This document shows, piece by piece, positions 1 through 11,113 of a stretch of 27,649 nucleotides of DNA. How positions within the stretch are numbered: position 1 is the stretch's first letter; each line of letters starts with the position of its first letter. The DNA lies in NCBI GenBank assembly GCA_000388065.2, contig KB932205.1; one strand, 5' to 3'. This DNA comes from Fonticula alba ATCC 38817 (Eukaryota > Protista > Nucleariida). The notes below the pieces were generated by a model. The model had not been told where the DNA came from. It worked only from the letters and a program-made list of their open reading frames with translations, and did not search any database. A program made the position numbers and the translations under genes.

Positions 1-35
1 GCCGCGCGGGCGCACAATACATGGGCCACACTTCT

Positions 36-66
<31 letters not shown>

Positions 67-1101
67 ATGCCCAATGTCCCGGGGCCAGGCTCAACAAATA
101 TGTCCTGCCCCCCCCCCCACCTATGGAGGCGTGCAGAGAGATCATGGGCGGAGCCGAGGAAGGACATATTGCGTGCTGCCCAAGGGAAGACCTCGCGACG
201 TCGCCCCAGGTGTGCATCCCGGTAGGATGACGCCGCTGCTATCCGGTCGCTGGGCCGGTCCTGGTGGAGATATCCGCCTGTGTCCATTTTCTGTCTCTCT
301 CTCTCTCTCTCGAGCAAGCATACACACATTTACTCACATGTGTGCGTGTGTGTGTGTGAGCGTGTGTTTATGCCGTATGTACGGCTGTCGGCATCTGCTT
401 TCCCCCGGCCGGAGGGCCGGACAGTATTTAAAATTTGAAACCCCGCGTGAAACATGTAGTCGCCCCCGCTGGACGGTCGGGATGCCTATCAGGGACGAAG
501 GGGTACCCGGGAGGACAGATGCTCCGTGAGGAGGGGGGGTGTCCCGATTCTGTCCGCCCCCCCCCCCCTCCCTCTGCCCCCGTCCCGGCGGATCTCTCCT
601 TGACCTCAGCCTTGGTTCCTGGCCAGCCAGCCACCGGCGCCCCTGGGGATGGAGCGTGCCCCCGGGCTCTCGCTGTCCCGCTCACCGTCGCTCTCGGCCT
701 TGCATCAAGACGCTGACAGACGGGCGCGCACGCATGCATGCAAGCAGTTAAGAGCCAGACTCGCGGCTCGAGCCTTGGGGGTGGTGGGCCTGGGCAAGGA
801 GGAATTGCTGGATTCTGTCCCACAGGCGCGCAAGGGCCAGCTGCAGGGCGCACGCCGATGGCGAAGAACCCACCGTCGCGATATTTCCGGCGCCCAAGTC
901 GGGGAGCAAAAAAAAACGCCCCCATCGGCCCGCCCCCGAGGGAGGCGAGGGGTGCGGCAAAGGCCCGTCGCTCATCTTCACGCCCCCGCCCCTCCCCCTG
1001 CCGGCCCCCCGGCCGACTGGTCCAAAGTCGGTGGTCGCTCTGCGGCGTTCTAGCCCCCCGGCGACGAAGGCGAGTGGGGGTGCGTGCATGGTCGAGGTGC
1101 A

Positions 1102-1140
1102 GGGCCGGGCCGGGCCGGGCCGGGCCGGGTGGGGGGGGGG
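1102..1140 (+). repeat. (GGGCC)5 pentamer repeat plus poly-G running into an N-gap
   Basis: gggccgggccgggccgggccgggccgggtgggggggggg read directly. Confidence 0.9.
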
Positions 1141-1362
1141 NNNNNNNNNNNNNNNNNNNNNNNNNNNNNNNNNNNNNNNNNNNNNNNNNNNNNNNNNNNN
1201 NNNNNNNNNNNNNNNNNNNNNNNNNNNNNNNNNNNNNNNNNNNNNNNNNNNNNNNNNNNNNNNNNNNNNNNNNNNNNNNNNNNNNNNNNNNNNNNNNNNN
1301 NNNNNNNNNNNNNNNNNNNNNNNNNNNNNNNNNNNNNNNNNNNNNNNNNNNNNNNNNNNNNN
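1141..1362. other. Assembly gap (N)
   Basis: Run of n. Confidence 0.99.
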
Positions 1363-2445
1363 GTCGAACACAGGGAGAGATCTGCCCCACTTTTCGTCGC
1401 CCCGCGACCGCGCCTCGATCCCCCGCCGGTTTCCCCGGCCCCCGGGGGGAGAAGGGGGCTCTCGCGCGCGGAGATCGCGTCCATTGCCGATGAAGGGCGC
1501 TCGCGCGCGCGCGCGCGTGCACCCCACCACACATCCATCTCTTCCGGTGAAGTACATTTCATCCGGGCCAATTGTGGGCGAAAGATGTCCTTCGGAGTTG
1601 GCCCACACGTGCCGGCGGCGTGACCCGGCACAGCACGCACCACCTGGTGACGTGACCAGTTCCCAGGAGCGCGCCTTGGCCATAGACACATGCCAATGGT
1701 CTTCGCTGGCTGCCCACTTTACTGGCCCGGCCCGGCCGGCGTGCCCGGCTGCCAGCGGGCCGCGAGCTACGCGGCCTTTATTTGGCCCCTGCCCTTGTGT
1801 CTGGCCGCCGGCTCATTATTCCCTGGGGGTGGGCGGCGCGCGATCGCGCGCCGCCCATATCCGGCTCCCGACTGGGAGGCAGCGGGCGATCCGGCCGGAT
1901 GGGGGGGGGGGGGGCGTGCTCGCATTTGCTGCCGCCCCCCCCTCCGTCCTTCTCTCGCCTGCCCGCCCGGTCGCCTCCCCACGGGCATCGTTCCTCGTAA
2001 GTGCCGAGACGCTCTCGGGCGGTGTCCCTCTTGCCTCGGGGTCAGATTTAGGAAAACAAGCCAGCCATCGGCGTGGATGGGCTGTATGTCGGTGCCACAT
2101 CTAACGCAAGTGTGCATGTGTGCATGTGTGGTGTATGTATGTGTGTGTGTGTGCGCTTCAGTGAGGGCTCTCTCCCTTTTCCCTCTCTGTCAGCGACCCC
2201 CTCTTCGGCATATCCTCGAGTGTTGTCGCCGATCTCACTTGAGATCGCCCCCCGGCGTGGCATACTTTTTCCTGCCCGGCCCTTCGCCGCCCCCTCACAG
2301 AGACCGGGATTATTGGCCCCCTTCCGGTCCTTTTCCGTTACTACCCACCCGGGTCTGCGCGCGCGCGCGCGCGCGCGTGCGCCCGCAAGGGAGCTCATCC
2401 CCCCCCCCCACCCGCCTGGTTAGCGTCCCTCCCTCTTTGCGGGTG

Positions 2446-3184
2446 NNNNNNNNNNNNNNNNNNNNNNNNNNNNNNNNNNNNNNNNNNNNNNNNNNNNNNN
2501 NNNNNNNNNNNNNNNNNNNNNNNNNNNNNNNNNNNNNNNNNNNNNNNNNNNNNNNNNNNNNNNNNNNNNNNNNNNNNNNNNNNNNNNNNNNNNNNNNNNN
2601 NNNNNNNNNNNNNNNNNNNNNNNNNNNNNNNNNNNNNNNNNNNNNNNNNNNNNNNNNNNNNNNNNNNNNNNNNNNNNNNNNNNNNNNNNNNNNNNNNNNN
2701 NNNNNNNNNNNNNNNNNNNNNNNNNNNNNNNNNNNNNNNNNNNNNNNNNNNNNNNNNNNNNNNNNNNNNNNNNNNNNNNNNNNNNNNNNNNNNNNNNNNN
2801 NNNNNNNNNNNNNNNNNNNNNNNNNNNNNNNNNNNNNNNNNNNNNNNNNNNNNNNNNNNNNNNNNNNNNNNNNNNNNNNNNNNNNNNNNNNNNNNNNNNN
2901 NNNNNNNNNNNNNNNNNNNNNNNNNNNNNNNNNNNNNNNNNNNNNNNNNNNNNNNNNNNNNNNNNNNNNNNNNNNNNNNNNNNNNNNNNNNNNNNNNNNN
3001 NNNNNNNNNNNNNNNNNNNNNNNNNNNNNNNNNNNNNNNNNNNNNNNNNNNNNNNNNNNNNNNNNNNNNNNNNNNNNNNNNNNNNNNNNNNNNNNNNNNN
3101 NNNNNNNNNNNNNNNNNNNNNNNNNNNNNNNNNNNNNNNNNNNNNNNNNNNNNNNNNNNNNNNNNNNNNNNNNNNNNNNNNNNN
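2446..3184. other. Assembly gap (N), may hide the INO80 start exon
   Basis: Run of n. Confidence 0.99.
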
Positions 3185-3358
3185 AGCCCCGCCCCTATCG
3201 TGCGCCCCGATACGCCGTCACCACTGCCTCTGTCTCCATACACACACACACACACATACACACACACACACACACACACGCATACCATGCCCCGGATTCA
3301 TGGCCGCCACTTACGCCCCCGGATTCTTTTGTCGCCCCTCCTGGCCGCCCGTCCGCAG

Positions 3359-5293
3359 TACACCCAGCTCCCTGGCCGGATCCCCGCTGAGCAGTGCTGG
3401 CGGGCTGTTTGGCCCGCCATCCGCCTCCAGCGGGTCGCCACTCGGAGCCGCCGGCGCCGGGTCCCTGCTGACCAGCGCGCTGAGCTTCCTTTCGACCAAG
3501 ACTCGCCCGACCGGGGGGGCCCCGGCCTCGGCGTCGCCCTCGCCGCAGCCGCCCGCACCCGTGCGGGCACAGGCCCCCTCTTCGCAGTCCTCCGGTGGCC
3601 CGGGCCCCGGGGCCCCCGGGGCCTTTTCTCCTGGGCCCAGCCCGGCGGCCTCCCCGGCCCCCGGGCCGCCGGTGGCCGATGCCCTGAGCACCGCCGTGCG
3701 CTTGCGCTCGCAGCGGGCCATGCGCGCGCGCGCGGTCACCTTCAATTTGGTGTTCGACGCCGAGGGCGACCTGGCCGCCGACCGGGGCTGGGCCATCCTG
3801 GCCAGCGGGGATTCCGGATCGGCCGGCCCCGGGCCGGGGTCGGGCATCGGTGGCTCGGCGCGGCCCCTGCTGGCCAGCCGCCTGCGCACGGCCAAGGCCT
3901 CGCAGGCCCTGCTGGTGGACCAGCTGCTGGAGCAGCACCTAAACCACCGGCAGGCCGACCGCGAGACCGGCTGGCTGCGCGCGGTGACCACCCTGGCCGA
4001 GGTGCAGCGCCACACGGCCGGCGCCCCGGGGGACCCCCTCGGGGCCCCCTTCAGCTATGGGATGTCCGTGCGGCCGGGCCTGCCGCGCGACTCGTTCGAG
4101 CTGTTCACCCACTGGCCGGTCGGCTACCGGGAGGATGTGTGGCTGGATGTGGCCACCGAGGCGCTGGCCGATCCGCTGTTGGCGGTGATGGCCCAGGCTT
4201 CGCGGCCCCTTGGCCGGCATTATGCCCCGACGGCGGCCGATGGCCCGCCCGAGCACATGCTCACGGCCGGCTACCGGCCCGCGTGTGCCCTGTCCAGCCA
4301 GCGGTATGTCATCCGGCGACTGGCTCGGGCCCGGGAACTTCGCCGGGCCAGCCTGGCCGCCGATCGCCTGTTCATGGCTTCCCACCGGCCGGCCTTCGAG
4401 ACGGTCATCACCGAGGCCCTGTCGCAGCGCCGGGCCGCGCGCAGCCGGCCGCTGGTCTTGCGCCCGGGGCTCCTGCCCTCGGAAGCGGGGTTCCTGACCC
4501 GTGGCACGGGGCCGCGCCCGGCTGGCCCCGGGCAGCCGGCCCCGCGCACGCTCTTCTGCGACATGGCCGATGGCGTGGCCGTGGCCGCGTCCCGGCGGAC
4601 GGCCGAGCTCGAGTCCGATGACGACTGGGCCGAGTATGACCGGCTGCTGGCGGCGGCGCGGGCTCCGGGCCCCGGCGGCGCTGGGCCCGCCGGGCCCGCC
4701 GGGCCCGCCGCCCTCCCGGCCCCTGGGCCCCGGCCGGGCACCGAGCAGGAGGCCACCCCGGAGCTGGCCCCCGGGGAGGATACCTCTGCGGCGTCGGGCA
4801 CGGCGTCAGCCGGCACCACATCGGCACCGGCCGCCGGTCCGGCCTCGACTGATGAGCCCCCGGCGCCGATTTCTTTTTCCTTAGCCGGTGATCTGAGTGA
4901 TTCCGAGCTTGTGCTCGGATCGGTGGACCTGTTCGGGTCAGACCTCGAGGAGGGGTCTGCCGCCTCGAGCGTGTCCTCCGGCTCGGAGTCCGATGGTCCC
5001 GGCGACAAGCGCCCCCGTCCCGGTGGGGCCAGCAGCCTGGCCGGGCCGGCCGATCCGACGGCCCGGCCGGCCAAGAAGCCCAAGTCCTCGGCTTCGGGGG
5101 CCGCGGCGGCCGGTGCATCCGGCGGTGTGTCGGCCTCCGGCCCCGGCTCGGCCAAGCGCCTCAAGGACTCGGCTGGGGCCGCCGGTGGCGGCCCCGGCGG
5201 CCGTGTCATCCGCGATGCCTTCGCCGTGCTGAAGTCCGCGACCCAGGGGACCGGCGCCGGCGGGCCGGCCGTCTCGGCCAGCTCCTCTTCTCT
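3359..5293 (+). CDS. INO80: INO80 N-terminal exon (low-complexity A/G/P/S-rich)
   Basis: Long open frame from acceptor gtccgcAG (3358) to donor GTACGT (5294). The phase-2 junction joins in frame to the DBINO exon at 5528. The link rests on splice phase, not on recognisable homology. Confidence 0.7.
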
Positions 5294-6845
5294 GTACGTG
5301 TGGCCTGCCAGCTGTGTGTGTGTGTGTGGGGTGGGGGGGGGGGGCTTGTTTTTGCCGTTCTCCTTCTCTTTGGCTTCTTCCCTCCTGCACACGCACACGC
5401 ACGTCCATCAAGCATCACCGGTTCCCTAACCCCCCTCCCTCTCCCTCCCTCCCTCCCTCTCTCTCTCCCTTTCCCTCTCTCTCCTCCTTCTCCTCTCCCC
5501 CTCTGGGCGGTGGATCTCTCTCGCCAGTGAACGCTCCCCCTCCCCGGATCCGAACGACCCGGAGCAAATGGCCGCGATCGAGCGCCGCCGTGCCGAGCGC
5601 CAATGGTCGGCCTTCGTGCGGAATGACGTGCTCAGAGCCGCGCGGGTTCACTCGTCGTCGCATTTGCACCGGCGTCTAAATGCCCGGCGCGTGGCGCTGG
5701 TATGCGTGCGCGAGGTCCGCCGGACGGGCTTCTCCTCGGGCTCATCCCTGTCGCTGGGCCTGCCGGCGCCGCTGCTGGCCGGTGTGAGTCAGGTGGACCC
5801 GGCTCCGGCGGCCATATCGTCGGCGGCCGCGGCGGCCGCCGCCGGTGGCGGGCTCCTACCCGTGTCTCTGGCAGCCGGAAGCCCGCTGGTGGGCGTCGCC
5901 ACCGGGGTGGCGCCCCGACGTGGCCGCACGCTGGTCACTACCTCCCGGCGCCTGGCGCGCGATGTCCTGGCCCACTGGCGCCGGCATGAGCGCGAGGAGC
6001 GCGAAGCACGTCGCCGCTATGAGCGTGAAGAGGCCGAGCGCCTGCGTCTAGAAGAGGAGGTGCGTGCTCTGGGCAGTCGGTTTCTTTCGCCTTCCCCGCC
6101 TCCGGCCAAAGCCGCGCGTCTCGAGTCCCACGTCCACCTCGCCCTCGCCATTGACCTGTGACCCTTGTCTCTTCCTTTGTTTTCCGTCACTCTTCTCTTC
6201 GCCCATGCTCTTCTTCGTCTCCCTCCCTCTCCCTCCCTCTCCCTCCCTCTCCTCGGCTCCTTCCATCCGCCTTGCTGATGCATGGGCGACAGGCTCGCGA
6301 GGAGCGCCGCCAGCGCAACAAGCTGAACTTCCTCATCACACAGACCGAGCTCTACGCACACTTCATCCAGCGCAAGAGCACCAAAGTGGCCGAGGCCGGT
6401 GCGACCCCCGGGCCGGACGCCTCGGACGCCCCGAGCCCGGCCCTCGGCGGGGTGGACATCGAAAGCATGGACTTCTCGACCATGGACGAGTCGGACTTGC
6501 AGCGGGCCGCCGCCCAGGGGGCCATGTCGCATGTCGCCGCGCACCACAGCCGGGTGCGGGCCTTCGATAGCACGTCCGGCCGTGTGGCCGGTGCCGGCGC
6601 CGGCGCCGCTGCTGCTGCCGCTGGTGGCTCCAATGCCCAGGAGCAGTTCGACCAGCTTGGCTTCGATCTGACCGCGCCGTCTACCCTGACCGAGGCGCCG
6701 TCAGTCACCCAGCCCAAGATGCTGACATGTCGACTGAAGAGCTACCAGCTGAAGGGTGCGTGCTGGTGACTGTCACTGCATCCGGCCTGTTCTCGCGTCT
6801 GGTGCGCTTGCTCCTGGTGGATGCCCATCTCTAACCTCCCTGTCC

Positions 6846-6877
<32 letters not shown>

Positions 6878-9800
6878 TCTGTGCGCATTTGTCGCCATGC
6901 CGGTCTGTTGCCGCAATCGCCACCGGACTGTCCAACCCCAGGCCTCTCGTGGCTGTATAACCTCCACGAGCAGGGCATCAACGGCATCCTGGCCGATGAG
7001 ATGGGCCTCGGCAAGACGGTCCAGTCCATTTCGGTCCTGGCGCACCTGGCCGAGAAGCATCAGGTGTGGGGCCCATTTATCGTGGTAACCCCGGCCACGA
7101 CGCTGCACAATTGGACCAATGAGCTGCACAACTTCTGCCCGGACTTCCGGGTCCTCCCCTACTGGGGCGACCGTGGGGATCGGGCCACCCTGCGCCGGTA
7201 TTGGCAGGGGGTCGGGCAAGATCCCTCCGGGCCCCGGCGTCGGGGGGTTTTCTCCGGCATCGACGTCCTCGGTCGGCGGGACTCCCCCTTCCATGTGATT
7301 GTCACCAGCTACCAGATCGCCGTCATGGATGAGCAGTTCCTCCGGCCCATCCGCTGGGAATACATGATCCTGGATGAGGCTCAGGCTGTGAAGAGGTGCG
7401 TCCGGCCGTGCGGGCCCTGTTGCGGCCTTCGCCGGCTTCCTCCGTGGCCCGAGCCCTCCCTGGTCCTCCTGCTTCTTGCAGTCCCTCCGCCCCCGCGCCC
7501 CTCCGCCCCGCGCCCCTCCGCCCCCTGCGCCCCTGCGCCCCCTGCGCCCCTGCGCCCCTCCGCCCCTCCGCCCCTCCCTCCGCCCCTCCCTCCGCCCCTA
7601 CCACTATGCGTGCCGTGACTGACCAATTCCCCCGGCTGACGGGTGTACATGTCTTAGCTCGACGTCTCTCCGGTGGAACACCCTGCTCAAGTTCAATTGC
7701 CGGAATCGTCTGCTACTCACCGGCACGCCCATCCAGAACTCCATGCAGGAGCTCTGGGCCCTGCTGCACTTCATCATGCCGCTGATGTTCGACTCGCACA
7801 AGGAGTTCAGCGAGTGGTTCAGCAAGGACATCGAGGGGAATGCCGGCGAGCGTGGGGACTCGGTCAACGCGCACCAGCTGGCCCGCCTGCACATGATTCT
7901 CAAGCCCTTTATGTTACGTCGTGTCAAGCGCGACGTGGAGAATGAGCTCGGCGAGAAGGTGCGCTCGTGGTTTCCCTCCCCCTCCCCCTCTCTTCCTCTC
8001 TCTCTCTCTCTCCTATGTGGAAGTCTCTTCTGGGCCACTCGGCCGGTGGCCCGGGCTTTGCTCTTCGCACCAGGCGCAGGGCCATGCACCCGCGCATGCG
8101 ATCGCCCGTACTAACCCCTGGTGATGCGCGATTGGGTTCCTTTCCGTGGCCCACAGATCATGGTCGACCGGTACTGCGTGATGACTCCCCGGCAGCGGCG
8201 CCTGTACCAGGGCCTCCAGGACAAGCTGTCCATCTCGGACCTGCTGCAGTCGTCGTCTTCGCTGTCGGCCGCCCAGTCGGCCTTCAATGACGATGACTCG
8301 GGGCTGAACCCCACGGCCGGGGGCTCTGGCAGCGGGGCCAACTACCTGCTGAACCTGGTCATGCAGTGCCGGAAGGTGAGTTGCCACCCGGACCTGTTGG
8401 ACTCGCGCGAGGAATCCGAGCCCTACCGCATGATCCCGCTGCCGCGGCAGTACGCCATCGACCTGGCCCCGGGGCCCATGCCGCCGGGGCTGGTGGTGGA
8501 CTTCGGCCTGCCGGCTCCGCCGGTGTCAGGCCCCATCAGTCTGGCCCTGCCGGGATGTGTCCTTGTGTCGGGCGATGCGGGGCAGCTGGTGGCCGGGGGC
8601 ATTGGGCCTGCCTTCGGGGGGCAGTATGCCGACGCCCCGCCCAGCAGCGGCCCCCTCTGCCCGTATCGGTCGCCCACGCAGCAGGACGCCATGGACTCCC
8701 TGCCGCCGGGGCACATCCGCCCGGGGCACCTGATCGTGTCGCGGGGCTTCTTCCTGCGGTCGCCTCGCACATTGGCCAATGTCGCGGCACCGGCCGTGTG
8801 CATTTGGTCCCCGCCGGCCCCGGAGGCGGCCGGGCGCGCTGCATACCTGACAGCTGGCGTTGGGTCGTTGGCTCGCTTGTCTGGCGGGTACTCCCCGGCC
8901 GAGGTCCAGCGTCTGGCCGAGTCCAGCCTCTTCGAGCGCTTCCTCCATCTGCTTGCCACGCATGAGGTATGTCTGTGCCCTTTGGCACTCTGGCGGGCCC
9001 CCGCGCGAGCACGCACACGCACACATGCCCTTTTGCGCGCATCGCCCCCCTCGGGCCTTTTCTCACGGTGCTTTTCTCTCTCGTGTTCACTGTGCCACGC
9101 CTCGGGATTTGTGCACACACACACACACACACACACGCACACACGCACACACACACAGGAGCGCGCCACTCTTGCCTGGTACCATGAGCACCAGGCCTCC
9201 CCAATGGCGACCCACACGGCCTCCCCAGATGGCGCGCCCTCCTCCGATGCCCTGCTTGTGCTGGAGACCAGCCAGGCCGACCACCTCATGGCCGATGCCG
9301 AGACCATGGATGGGGCCCCCGCTGGCGAGGCCCCGGCCCTCCCCCGGCACCTGCTGTCCATGCTCAATGTAACGGGGGCCGCCGAAGCCACGCGAACTGG
9401 TCCCCGGACGGCCGGCCTGTCGGAGCGGGCGATCACCTCGTCGCCCGCCCTGGCGGCCCTGTGCTCCGTGTCGGCGGACCTCCTGCACCAGGAGTACACT
9501 TACCACGGGCGCTTCGAGGGGCTTTACCAGCCGGCGGCGGCCGTGTGTGCGGTGGTGCCGGCCATCCGGCAGCCCGGCCGGGCGGCCGACCTGGAGCCCG
9601 ACCGGCGCCGGGCCCTGGGCGCTTGCCTGGGCCTGGATGCGGCACTGGCGGCGTCGATGCCGCCGACGCGGCCGCACGCGGCTGCCCTCTCCCGGGCGGT
9701 GGTCGTACATCCCGGCGGCCCGGCCGAGGGGCTGAGCGCCGCCACCGGCGGGCTGGCCGCCACCGGGGGACACTTTCGTCGTGGGGCGCCGGTCTCTCCG

Positions 9801-10873
9801 GCCGGGCCGGCCTCGGCCTGGTTCAGCCTGGCTCGACTCCCGCCGGGGGCCCTGCAGCAGCCAGACAATGGGCCTCTGCCCGGGTCGGAGGCGGCGGCCC
9901 AGGCGCACTATCGCGCCGTGGCCACCGACTGCCTCGGGCTGGACCAGCACGCGGCCGATGCATGGGCCTCGCCCGGGGCGCGTGGCCTTGCCACCGGTGG
10001 CCTGATCGGCGACCGGCGCCGGGCCTTCGGCCCGACGCAGTCCCTCTCCTTCGTCCAGTGCCCCAGCGTGGAGGATCTCATCCACGACAGTGGCAAGCTC
10101 CGGCTGCTGGACCAGCTGCTGGCCGAGCTGTATGCCGGGCGTCACCGGGTGCTGATCTTCTGCCAGCTGGTCACCATGATCGACCTGCTGGAGCGCTTCA
10201 TGGTCTTCCGGGGGTATCGGTTCTTCCGGCTGGATGGGTCCACTCGGATTGAAGATCGCCGGGACATGGTCAGTGAATTCCAGACCAACGACGACATCTT
10301 CGCCTTCTTGATCTCCACGCGTGCCGGCAACTCCGGCATCAACCTCACCGCCGCCGACACGGTCATCTTCTACGAGAGCGACTGGAACCCGACCGTCGAC
10401 CAGCAGGCCATGGACCGCGTCCATCGTCTGGGCCAAACCAAGCAGGTGACCGTCTACCGGCTGATCACCCGCGACACCATCGAGGAGCGCATCCTCCTGA
10501 GTGCCGGCCAGAAGCACGAGGTGCGCCACACACGAGCGGGGCCTGTCCCTCTCCCTGCCCGGCCAGCGGCCTTTGCATGCGGTTGCATGCCCTTCCCTCT
10601 TCTTCTTCTTCTTCTTCTTCTTCCTTTCTTCGCATGTTTCTGTGCTTGGCTGTCCTACTGGCCTGGTGTGCGCGCCCCGGACCGGCTGCCTGCATTCGCT
10701 GACCCACCCCTGTTCCCTCGATGGCCTGCGCCGGTGCCATCCTGGCTGGCTCGGATGCTGGCCCTCTCCAGATCCAGAAGGTGGTCATCCAGGGGGGCGA
10801 CTTCCAGATGGACCACATGCCCGGCCCGCCAACCGACACAGAGGGCACCGGCGCCGAGGCCCCGGCGGCCTGA
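3359..10873 (+). CDS. INO80: INO80 chromatin-remodelling ATPase (SNF2 family), join(3359..5293,5528..6059,6293..6755,6942..7395,7658..7958,8157..8966,9159..10520,10772..10873); about 1985 aa visible; 5' exon(s) probably upstream or in the N-gap
   Basis: The spliced translation contains the DBINO/HSA signature ([18 protein letters not shown]...[22 protein letters not shown]), motif I ([12 protein letters not shown]), [36 protein letters not shown] and [28 protein letters not shown], ending [11 protein letters not shown]. All seven introns are GT..AG and intron phases match (2,0,1,2,0,0,0). ATG 3300 sits in a (CA)n/polypyrimidine region ending CAG at 3358, so it is probably intronic. Confidence 0.95.
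5528..6755 (+). CDS. INO80: INO80 DBINO/HSA exons (5528..6059, 6293..6755)
   Basis: [15 protein letters not shown]...[11 protein letters not shown]...EEE|[24 protein letters not shown]; donors GTGCGT at 6060 and 6756, acceptor CAG at 6292. Confidence 0.93.
6942..7958 (+). CDS. INO80: INO80 ATPase lobe 1 exons (6942..7395, 7658..7958)
   Basis: [26 protein letters not shown]; ILDEAQAVK|[42 protein letters not shown]. Confidence 0.96.
7483..7598 (+). repeat. Intronic C-rich minisatellite (units CCCTCCGC / CCCTGCGC / CCCCGCGC)
   Basis: More than 10 tandem, slightly variant 8-mer-based units in INO80 intron 7396-7657. Confidence 0.85.
8109..8115 (+). other. Canonical spliceosomal branch point TACTAAC in INO80 intron 7959-8156
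   Basis: Exact TACTAAC about 40 nt upstream of the CAG acceptor at 8154-8156. Confidence 0.75.
8157..10873 (+). CDS. INO80: INO80 insertion domain and ATPase lobe 2 exons (8157..8966, 9159..10520, 10772..10873)
   Basis: [17 protein letters not shown], then a long insert, then [12 protein letters not shown]...[15 protein letters not shown]...GQKHE|[11 protein letters not shown]; TGA at 10871-10873. Confidence 0.94.
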
Positions 10874-11113
10874 CACACCTCTGCCTGCTCGGCTGGTTCC
10901 CCGCCATCCTGCTTCGCCCTCCTCGCCCGCTGGCTTGGCCCATGGATCCCCTCCCGGCCCGGAGGGCTGGCTGGAGGGCGAGAGGGAGGCTGCACGCGCA
11001 CGCGCGCCTGCACACATACACTGTCCTTGTGAAATATACATCTATGTCTATCCTCGTCAGCCTCCCTTGGTCAAGCGAAGGGTAACAGGGGGGGGGGGTG
11101 GCAGTGCGCTCAA

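Noticed and set aside
1-1100. Short ORFs and intron-like repeats at the window start
   Set aside because: No recognisable protein motif or consistent exon chain; a gene edge cannot be excluded.
1560-1800. CCAAT, CACGTG and TGACGT-like words upstream of INO80
   Set aside because: Short motifs are expected by chance and no TSS is known.
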